Below are positions 56,843 to 64,000 of a stretch of 64,000 nt of DNA, piece after piece. A program made the position numbers and the translations under genes. Source of the DNA: an uncultured Alphaproteobacteria bacterium (GTDB lineage Bacteria > Pseudomonadota > Alphaproteobacteria > HIMB59 > GCA-002718135); assembly GCA_902595855.1 (NCBI GenBank), contig CACJRY010000002.1:56664-120663 (forward strand), written 5' to 3'. Under the pieces are notes generated by a model. That model ran no database searches. It was not told the DNA's origin and saw only the letters and a program-made list of their open reading frames with translations. Each line of letters starts with the position of its first letter. Within the stretch, counting starts at the first letter, position 1.

Positions 56843-57100
56843 AAAAGGGGCGTTCTGTTGCCCGGTGCCCCGAACCGCGCTAACCTAGAACCTAGGCAGC
56901 GATAGCTAATCTATTATCGTTAGCGTTTATAAAAATAGCCCGATAACGGCGGTACAATGCCGAGTAAAGTCTTTATCTTTTAGTCAACGTCTAACCTATT
57001 TCGCCCCCATAATATTATGGTGGAGGCGCCGGGTACCGCCCCCGGGTCCGCACAACCTATTACATAAAGCATTTATCACCATAGTTGATAAATCAACACT
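56843..57100 (-). ncRNA. ssrA: Two-piece (circularly permuted) tmRNA encoding the tag ANDNRLAIAA
   Basis: Minus strand: acceptor piece ending GACCCGGGGGCGGTACCCGGCGCCTCCACCA (CCA ends at 57018), 9-nt intervening segment TAATATTAT, coding piece starting GGGGGCGAAATAGG at 57008. Tag ORF GCT AAC GAT AAT AGA TTA GCT ATC GCT GCC TAG at 56924-56892. The 5' boundary is approximate. Confidence 0.95.
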
Positions 57101-57208
57101 TTCTTTATAAACCAAAGTGGCTAATCAAGATAGTTTTGAATTTAAAGACAGCATTTTCGCCAAAAATTAGTTGTTATCATTTGTTTTTAGTGAAATAAGA
57201 TTTTTCAA

Positions 57209-57697
57209 ATGATTAAAGCAATAATGGCAGTTGATGATAAAGGAGGTATTAGTAAGGGGAGTAGCATGCCTTGGCCTAAAAATTCCAATGACCTAAGATG
57301 GTTTAAAAAAAATACTGTAAATCAAGTTGTAGTAATGGGAAGCAAGACTTGGGAGGACCCATTTATGCCTACACCACTTAAAAATAGAATAAATATCCTA
57401 ATCACAAGTAAGGATAATTCTCTATATCCTGGAGCTGATAGATATATAAAAGGAAATGTATCTGATGAAATTCTGAGTCTGCAAAAAAAATATTTTGAAA
57501 AGGATATATTTATAATCGGTGGTCCTGAAATTATTAGACAAACATTTGTTTTATTTAAAGAGTTTTATTTAACGAGAATCTACGGTAATTTTAATTGTGA
57601 TAAATTTATAGATATAAAAAAAATTATGACATCTATGGAATTAATAAAAAAAATCAGTTGCGATGATAGTTGTCACTTTGAAATTTGGAGAAAATGA
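57209..57697 (+). CDS. folA: Dihydrofolate reductase
   Basis: AVDDKGGI, MPWP...DLRWFK, VVMGSKTW, PLKNRINI, FIIGG, FYLTRI. Confidence 0.93.
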   Translation: MIKAIMAVDDKGGISKGSSMPWPKNSNDLRWFKKNTVNQVVVMGSKTWEDPFMPTPLKNRINILITSKDNSLYPGADRYIKGNVSDEILSLQKKYFEKDIFIIGGPEIIRQTFVLFKEFYLTRIYGNFNCDKFIDIKKIMTSMELIKKISCDDSCHFEIWRK

Positions 57698-58524
57698 AAA
57701 ATTATTTAGATGCTCTTAAATATTGTTACGAAAATGGAGATTTTGTAAAAAGTAGAGCTGGTAATGTAAAAAAAGCTTTTGGTTATCAAATGCGTTTCAG
57801 TCTTGAGGATGGTTTTCCAGCCATCACATCTAAAAAACTTGCTTGGAAAGCAGTAGTTTCAGAACTATTATGGTTTCTAGAGGGTTCAAACGATGAAAGA
57901 AGATTAGCTGAAATTCTTTACGATGACAAAAGAGAAAATCTAAAGGATAAAAAAACTATTTGGACTCAAAATGCAGAGGCAGATTACTGGAGGGATAAAT
58001 CAAAATTTATTGGTGATGTAGGTAAAATTTATGGAGTTCAATGGAGAAATTTTAATGGAGTTGATCAAATAGATGAATTAATTAAAGGATTAAAAAAAAA
58101 TCCAAATAGTAGAAGGCATATTCTTACTGCATGGAATCCATCGGATATAAATCAAATGTCACTGCCTCCTTGTCATGCATTTTCACAATTTTTTGTTTCT
58201 AACAAAAAATTAAGCTGTCAATTGTATCAGCGCTCTTGTGATATGTTTTTAGGTGTCCCCTTCAACATAGCAAGTTATAGTCTTTTAATACATATTATAG
58301 CTGAAGAATGTAAATTAGGAGTAGGAGATTTTGTTCACTCTCTTGGAGATTTTCATATTTATGAAGAGCATTTTGAGCAAGTTAAGATACAATTAACAAG
58401 AGAACCAAAGCAGTTACCAACATTAAAGTTTTTAACAAAAAAGATGAGTGAGTATAAAACTGCTGATTTTGAATTGCATAATTATGATCCACATCCTAAA
58501 ATAGTAGCCCCAATGAATGTTTAA
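57694..58524 (+). CDS. thyA: Thymidylate synthase (ThyA type)
   Basis: ELLWFL, YGVQWR, SRRHILTAWNP, LPPCH, YQRSCDMFLGVPFNIASY, HIYEEH. Start placed at ATG 57694 (ATGA overlap with folA, GGAG upstream). Confidence 0.96.
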   Translation: MKNYLDALKYCYENGDFVKSRAGNVKKAFGYQMRFSLEDGFPAITSKKLAWKAVVSELLWFLEGSNDERRLAEILYDDKRENLKDKKTIWTQNAEADYWRDKSKFIGDVGKIYGVQWRNFNGVDQIDELIKGLKKNPNSRRHILTAWNPSDINQMSLPPCHAFSQFFVSNKKLSCQLYQRSCDMFLGVPFNIASYSLLIHIIAEECKLGVGDFVHSLGDFHIYEEHFEQVKIQLTREPKQLPTLKFLTKKMSEYKTADFELHNYDPHPKIVAPMNV

Positions 58525-58526
58525 AT

Positions 58527-59552
58527 TTATAATGATTTAGCAATTTCTAAATATTTTTTAGCTATTTCTCCATTTGGATCATCTATGCAGGAAGGTCTTC
58601 CTTCGTCAGATTGAATTCTTAAATCTTTACTGATTGGAAGAGAACCAAGAAATGGTATCTGAAATTTTTCTGCTTCTTTTTTTGCTCCGTCATTAGAAAA
58701 AATAAAATGCTTTTCACTGCATTTATCACAAATAAAATAACTCATATTTTCAACTAATCCTAATATTGGAACGTTAACTCTTTTGAACATATTGATTCCT
58801 TTTCGAGCATCAGCAAGAGCTACATCTTGAGGAGTGGAAACAATGATAGAGCCAGATAATTTAGAGCTTTGAGCAAGAGTAAGTTGAGCATCACCAGTTC
58901 CCGGAGGTAAATCTATAATTAAATAATCTAACCTTCCCCACTCAACACCATTAAACATTTGTTCTAATGCTTTCATTACCATTGGCCCTCTCCAAATTGT
59001 AGGTGTATCTACACTTACCAAAAAACCGATTGACATACATTTAATTCCATAACTTTCTAGAGGGATTAATTTTTTATTTTTGCTCGCTTCAGGTCTACCA
59101 GAAATTCCCATCATTCTTGGAACACTTGGACCATAAATATCTGCGTCTAAAATACCTACTTTTTTTCCTAATTGGTTAAGTGCAACAGCTAAGTTAACGG
59201 CAAAAGTTGATTTTCCAACACCTCCTTTACCGCTAGCTATTGCAATTATATTTGATGCATTAATTTTAAATCTACTCTCGTTATTTTCGGAATTATTTAA
59301 TTTACTATCCGCAGTAAGAGCAACGTTAACTGATAGTATTCCCTCAAGGTTATTCAAACCTTCCTTAAATAAATCTGCAATTTTATTGTATTGTTCTAAA
59401 TATTTATCATTAATTGTTAGGCTAATATTAACGTTTCCATTTTTTTCTACTATTTGTATTTTAGAATTATTTTGATCGAAAGGTGAATTATTCTCAGGAT
59501 CCTTATAATTTTTAGTGAAATTTATAATAGATTGTAAAATTTTGTTAGACAT
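58527..59552 (-). CDS. mrp: Mrp/NBP35 Fe-S cluster carrier ATPase
   Basis: ASGKGGVGKST, DADIYGPS, WRGPM, DLPPGTGD, TPQ, ENMS.FIC..C. Confidence 0.95.
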   Translation of the reverse strand: MSNKILQSIINFTKNYKDPENNSPFDQNNSKIQIVEKNGNVNISLTINDKYLEQYNKIADLFKEGLNNLEGILSVNVALTADSKLNNSENNESRFKINASNIIAIASGKGGVGKSTFAVNLAVALNQLGKKVGILDADIYGPSVPRMMGISGRPEASKNKKLIPLESYGIKCMSIGFLVSVDTPTIWRGPMVMKALEQMFNGVEWGRLDYLIIDLPPGTGDAQLTLAQSSKLSGSIIVSTPQDVALADARKGINMFKRVNVPILGLVENMSYFICDKCSEKHFIFSNDGAKKEAEKFQIPFLGSLPISKDLRIQSDEGRPSCIDDPNGEIAKKYLEIAKSL

Positions 59553-59639
59553 ACTTGATTTTTTTAAATTTACTCAAATATAAGTTAGTAATTAATATAA
59601 TTAATGATAGTAGCTTAACTCAATTTTACCAAAAAAAAC

Positions 59640-60737
59640 ATGAATTGGAACAAAAATAATAATGATAATAATCCCTGGGGCTCCGGTGGGAACAGTAATA
59701 ATCCTTGGGGAAGTGGCGGATCCAATAATAATATGGACTTTGAAGATTCAATTAAAAAGGCTAGAGATAAATTTGGTAAGTTCAAAATTGGTGGTCCAAG
59801 AAATTTATCAATATTAGTTTTAATAGGTTTTTTATTATGGCTTGCTACAGGCTTTTATAGAGTTGAGCCTGACGAGCAAGGTGTTGAGTTACTTTTTGGA
59901 AAATGGAATAACAAAACTACAGAACCAGGTCTTCATTATTTTTTCCCAACTCCTATAGGTCAAACCATTACTCCAAAAGTTGAGGTAATAAGAAAAATAA
60001 ACGTTGGTTTTAGAAGTGCATCTGATTTAGGCTTTTCATCTAATACGAATGCTGAAAGAAAGGTTATTGAAGAAAGTTTAATGTTAACAGGTGATCAAAA
60101 TATTGCCGATGTTGCGTTTACCGTTCTTTATAGAATTAAAGATGCAGGAAATTTTTTATTTAAACTAAGAAATCCTGAACTTACTGTAAAAGATATGGCT
60201 GAAAGTGTGGTGAGAGAAGTTGTAGGTCAAAGAGATTTGCAGTTTTTATTAACTGAAGGAAGGCAAGAAGTTGAGCAAGTAGTAAGAAATGGACTTCAAG
60301 AGGTTCTTGATGGTTATGAAAGTGGTGTATTAATACAATCTGTTCAATTGCAGAGTGTTGATCCACCATCTCAAGTCATTGATGCTTTTGATGAAGTTCA
60401 AAGGGCTCGTCAAGATAAAGAAAGATTAGTCAATGAAGCTAACACTTACTTGAACAGAATTGTTCCAAATGCACGAGGTGAAGCTGCAAAGTTAATTGAA
60501 AGCGCAAGAGCTTATAAGGAACAAGTAGTTAAACAAGCAGAGGGTGTGGCTCAAAACTTTATAGACGTATACAACAGTTATAAAGATGCAAAAGAAGTAA
60601 CCAGAAGAAGAATTTATCTAGAAACTCTTAGAGAGGTGCTAGAAGGAAAAAATAAAATTATTTTAGATGATGCAGGTGGTCAAGGAGTAGTGCCTTACTT
60701 GCCTCTTAATGAAATAAAGAAAGGTAGTAATAATTAA
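59640..60737 (+). CDS. hflK: FtsH modulator HflK
   Basis: N-terminal NPWG repeats, TM segment, SPFH domain MLTGDQNI, AFDEVQRA, RIYLETL, VVPYLPL. Confidence 0.95.
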   Translation: MNWNKNNNDNNPWGSGGNSNNPWGSGGSNNNMDFEDSIKKARDKFGKFKIGGPRNLSILVLIGFLLWLATGFYRVEPDEQGVELLFGKWNNKTTEPGLHYFFPTPIGQTITPKVEVIRKINVGFRSASDLGFSSNTNAERKVIEESLMLTGDQNIADVAFTVLYRIKDAGNFLFKLRNPELTVKDMAESVVREVVGQRDLQFLLTEGRQEVEQVVRNGLQEVLDGYESGVLIQSVQLQSVDPPSQVIDAFDEVQRARQDKERLVNEANTYLNRIVPNARGEAAKLIESARAYKEQVVKQAEGVAQNFIDVYNSYKDAKEVTRRRIYLETLREVLEGKNKIILDDAGGQGVVPYLPLNEIKKGSNN

Positions 60738-61612
60738 TGAAATTTACACCTAAAAATATCATTATTGTCCTTCTTTTATTTATAGGGTTTCTAACATTTA
60801 CTGGTGCATTTTTTATTGTAAATGAAACAAAGCAAGCAATTGTGTTGCAATTTGGTGATCCAAGAAAAGTTATTACTAAACCTGGTTTGCAGTTTAAAAT
60901 ACCTTTTATTCAAGATGCTGTTTTCTTAGACTCAAGATTATTAAACTTAGATCCTCAACCTGAAGAAATGATTCTATCTGATCAAAAAAGAATAATAGTT
61001 GACTCATTTGCTAGATATAGAATTGTTAATCCTCTGAAATTTTTTCAAACAGTTAGGAATGAAGCAACCTTTTCTGATAGGTTTGGAAGAATTATTAATG
61101 CATCAGTTAGAGGTGTAATTGCGCAATATTCTCTTACTTCATTACTCAGTGATGAAAGAGTTGGCATAATGCAGGAAATTCAGAAACAAATTTTAACAAA
61201 TCAAGAGTCATTTGGAGTAGAAATAATTGATATACGAATTGGTAGAACAGATCTTACTGAACAAGTCTCCAATAACGTTTATCAACGTATGCGCTCTGAA
61301 AGAGAAAAAGAAGCAAATCTTTTAAGAGCGGAAGGTGAAGAATTATCTAAAGAAATTGTTGCTTCAGCGGATAGACAACAAACCGTGATAATCGCCGAAG
61401 CTGAAAGAACTTCATCAATCCTAAGGGGTGAAGGTGATGCACAAAAAAATAAAATTCTTGCAGATGCATATAGTTTAGATGAAGAATTTTTTGATTTTTT
61501 AAGAACTATGCAAGCTTGTAGAGATACTTTTGGAGACACTGAAATGTCTATGGTGATTGCACCTGGCCAAGTTTGTGAAAAGTTTTTTGGGGAGATTGAG
61601 ATAGAAAATTAA
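60737..61612 (+). CDS. hflC: FtsH modulator HflC
   Basis: QAIVLQFG, PGLQFKIPF, RMRSERE..A..LRAEG, RGEGDA. Confidence 0.95.
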   Translation: MKFTPKNIIIVLLLFIGFLTFTGAFFIVNETKQAIVLQFGDPRKVITKPGLQFKIPFIQDAVFLDSRLLNLDPQPEEMILSDQKRIIVDSFARYRIVNPLKFFQTVRNEATFSDRFGRIINASVRGVIAQYSLTSLLSDERVGIMQEIQKQILTNQESFGVEIIDIRIGRTDLTEQVSNNVYQRMRSEREKEANLLRAEGEELSKEIVASADRQQTVIIAEAERTSSILRGEGDAQKNKILADAYSLDEEFFDFLRTMQACRDTFGDTEMSMVIAPGQVCEKFFGEIEIEN

Positions 61613-61815
61613 TGTTTGAGCTATTCCTATTAGGTATCGGCTTATTACTTTTCTTCGAAGGCTTATTATATTTTTTATTAGCTAGAAATTTAAAAATATT
61701 ACTAGATCAACTAGCTACTGTTGATCCACAAAAAATAAAGACTATATCACTAATAATGATAGCAATTGGAGCATGCCTTATTTATTTCACTTTCAATAGT
61801 TATGGAGAATTATAA
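61612..61815 (+). CDS. DUF2065 family small membrane protein
   Basis: GLLLFFEGLLY motif, two TM segments, usual position after hflC. Confidence 0.8.
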   Translation: MFELFLLGIGLLLFFEGLLYFLLARNLKILLDQLATVDPQKIKTISLIMIAIGACLIYFTFNSYGEL

Positions 61816-63209
61816 TGATTAGAGCCCTATCAGGTTTTTTTATTTTATTTTCACTTACTTATTCTAACACATTAAAAGCGTATACTGATAGTTTTGCTGA
61901 TTTAGTTGAAAATTTATCACCAGCAGTAGTAAGCATTGCTTCCACAACAATTGTTACAAATAATAATTCACAAAATCAAATGCCTCAATTTCCTGAAGGA
62001 TCGCCTTTTGATGAGTTCTTTAAAGATTATTTTGATAATGAGAGAAGAAATTCTCCTTCTCAAAGACCTATGACAGGTCTTGGGTCTGGTTTCATTATTA
62101 ATAAAGAGGGTATTATTGTAACTAATAATCATGTTATTGAAGGTGCTGATGAGATTACAGTTATAATGTCTGATCAAACAGAATTTACTGCTGAATTATT
62201 AGGAAGAGATCCTAAAGCAGATTTGGCAGTTTTAAAAATAGAACCAGATCAAACTGAGCTTACAGCAGTTGAGTGGGGTGACTCAGACTTAATGAGAGTA
62301 GGGGATTGGTCAATAGCAATAGGTAATCCTCTTGGACTTGGAGGTACGGTTACTGCTGGTATCATCTCTGCAATTTCAAGAGACTTAAGAGGTAGTAGCC
62401 CTTATGTAAAATTTTTACAGACCGATGCTTCAATTAATAGAGGTAATTCCGGTGGACCACTCTTTAATATCGAGGGTAAAGTAATTGGAATTAATACTGC
62501 AATAATCTCACAGACTGGTGGAAGCATTGGTCTTGGTTTTGCAATTCCATCAAATAGTGCTAAAAAAATAGTTCAACAACTTAAAGATTTTGGACGAACT
62601 AAAAGAGGCTGGTTGGGAGTTCAAATTCAACCAGTTTCAAAAGATTTCGCAGAGAGCTTAGGTCTTGAAAATGAAATGGGTGCTTTCGTATCTAATGTAA
62701 ATCCTAAAGGCCCATCTAAAAAAGCAGGCATTGAAGATGGTGATGTTATATTAAAGTTTAATGATATTGAAATTGTTAAAATGACTGATTTACCAAGAGT
62801 AGTAGCAGAAGCTGATGTGGGCTCTATTGCTAAGGTAGAGATTTGGCGAAAAAATAAAAAAATTGTCATTGAGGTTGAGCTAGGTGAATTACCTGAACAA
62901 ACATATGTAAATAAAAAACCTCAAATTAATGAAAATAAAACAAAAGAAACAATGGTTAAATCACTAGGTATAGTGATTGAGGATAATAAAGACACAGTTG
63001 GTGTTGTTGTAACCAAGATAAATGTTGATGAAATAAGTTTGTTAAAAGGTGACATAATAATGGAAATAAATAGAGAGTCAGTTGATTCATCAGCTTCTTT
63101 TATATCACTTGTTGAAAAATATGAAAAAACTGGCAGATCATCCTTGTTACTCAAAATTAAAAGAGATGAAGAAACAAGTTGGGTGACAATCAAGTTCATT
63201 TCTAATTGA
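61815..63209 (+). CDS. degP: DegP/HtrA periplasmic serine protease
   Basis: GSGFII, TNNHV, DLAVLK, QTDASINRGNSGGPL, two PDZ domains. Confidence 0.95.
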   Translation: MIRALSGFFILFSLTYSNTLKAYTDSFADLVENLSPAVVSIASTTIVTNNNSQNQMPQFPEGSPFDEFFKDYFDNERRNSPSQRPMTGLGSGFIINKEGIIVTNNHVIEGADEITVIMSDQTEFTAELLGRDPKADLAVLKIEPDQTELTAVEWGDSDLMRVGDWSIAIGNPLGLGGTVTAGIISAISRDLRGSSPYVKFLQTDASINRGNSGGPLFNIEGKVIGINTAIISQTGGSIGLGFAIPSNSAKKIVQQLKDFGRTKRGWLGVQIQPVSKDFAESLGLENEMGAFVSNVNPKGPSKKAGIEDGDVILKFNDIEIVKMTDLPRVVAEADVGSIAKVEIWRKNKKIVIEVELGELPEQTYVNKKPQINENKTKETMVKSLGIVIEDNKDTVGVVVTKINVDEISLLKGDIIMEINRESVDSSASFISLVEKYEKTGRSSLLLKIKRDEETSWVTIKFISN

Positions 63210-64000
63210 AAAAAACTATCTATGTAATTGCAGGTCCTACTGCGATAGGAAAATCAAATTTTTCGATAACATTAGCAAAAAAATTAAACGGCGTCATTAT
63301 CAATTCTGATAGTATGCAAGTTTATAAAAATTTAAAAGTTCTAACAGCTCGTCCTTCATCTTCAGAAACAAAAAACATCCCTCATTATCTTTATGGATAC
63401 ATTGATGGCAAAGAACGTTACAATGTTGAAAAGTGGTGTAATGATGCCGTAGACATTATTCATCAGACCTATAGAAATAATTTAACACCAATACTAGTTG
63501 GTGGAACTGGTTTATATATTGATACATTGATTAATGGTCTCATAGATATTCCAAACGTTTCAGAAAATATAAAAAATGAATCTGAAAAAATAATAAAAGA
63601 ATTTGGAAAAGATTTTTTAATTAGTCAAATTAAAAATTTTGACCCTGTCTCACTTAACGAAATAAATATTAATGATACTGTAAGAATTAGAAGAATCTGG
63701 GAAATATATGAGTCAACTGGCAAAAAACTAAGTGACTGGAGATTAAGTGATAATAAAAAATTTTTAGAAAATTTTAATTACAAAATTTTTCTATTTTTAC
63801 CAAATAGAAAAAAGAATTATGAAATTGTAAATTCTAGATTTGTTAAAATGATTAACAAAGGAGCTTTGGAAGAAGTAAAAAAATTATTAACTTTACATTT
63901 AAATAATTCACTTCCAATAATGAGAGCGCACGGCGTTCCTGAAATAGCAAAATATTTAGCTAATGAAATTAGTTTAGAAGAATGTATTAATAAAGGACAG
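63206..64000 (+). CDS. miaA: tRNA dimethylallyltransferase (runs off the right edge)
   Basis: Not in the ORF track. TTG at 63206 opens MKKTIYVIAGPTAIGKS...INSDSMQVY...LTARP...VGGTGLY; the frame stays open to the window end. Confidence 0.95.
   Translation, partial: MKKTIYVIAGPTAIGKSNFSITLAKKLNGVIINSDSMQVYKNLKVLTARPSSSETKNIPHYLYGYIDGKERYNVEKWCNDAVDIIHQTYRNNLTPILVGGTGLYIDTLINGLIDIPNVSENIKNESEKIIKEFGKDFLISQIKNFDPVSLNEININDTVRIRRIWEIYESTGKKLSDWRLSDNKKFLENFNYKIFLFLPNRKKNYEIVNSRFVKMINKGALEEVKKLLTLHLNNSLPIMRAHGVPEIAKYLANEISLEECINKGQ

Noticed and set aside
54880-56876. Reading the three ssrA-end copies as a CRISPR array or classical attC sites
   Set aside because: Spacing is about 440 and 1525 nt with whole genes in between, no cas or intI gene is present, and I saw no attC-type RYYYAAC...GTTRRRY structure.
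59667-59725. Repeated NPWGSGG coding segment in hflK
   Set aside because: Normal low-complexity HflK N-terminus.

Overview
AT-rich, tightly packed chromosome segment of a streamlined alphaproteobacterium. The gene set, minimal intergenic spacing and two-piece tmRNA suggest a SAR11/HIMB59-like marine lineage (inference). Left to right: carB (partial)-carA, yqeY-dnaG-rpoD, an MBL hydrolase, then an ~11 kb glycoside-catabolism locus (GH4 alpha-galactosidase, tRNA-CAT, sugar ABC transporter, fba, two Gfo/Idh/MocA oxidoreductases, an aldo-keto reductase, a LacI regulator with a clear operator, a TIM-barrel sugar isomerase-like gene). Next come mlaC/mlaA, uvrD, ligA, bamD, an amidase, RNase P RNA, the full dcw cluster (mraZ to ftsZ, lpxC), fumC, gpmA and sspB. 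An ~8.5 kb accessory region follows, ending at a circularly permuted tmRNA, then folA-thyA, mrp, hflKC, degP and miaA (partial). The most notable observation is two decayed direct copies of the tmRNA 3' end (56405 and 54880) that divide the accessory region into cassettes. One cassette is a single ORF fitted almost exactly between two copies, which suggests serial gene accretion at the tmRNA 3' end with no integrase in the window. Cargo includes a possible lipid-carrier surface-modification module. A phage-like folA-thyA pair sits on the other side of the tmRNA. No CRISPR array, rRNA, transposase or integrase was seen. All family calls come from motif recognition by eye, not database searches.
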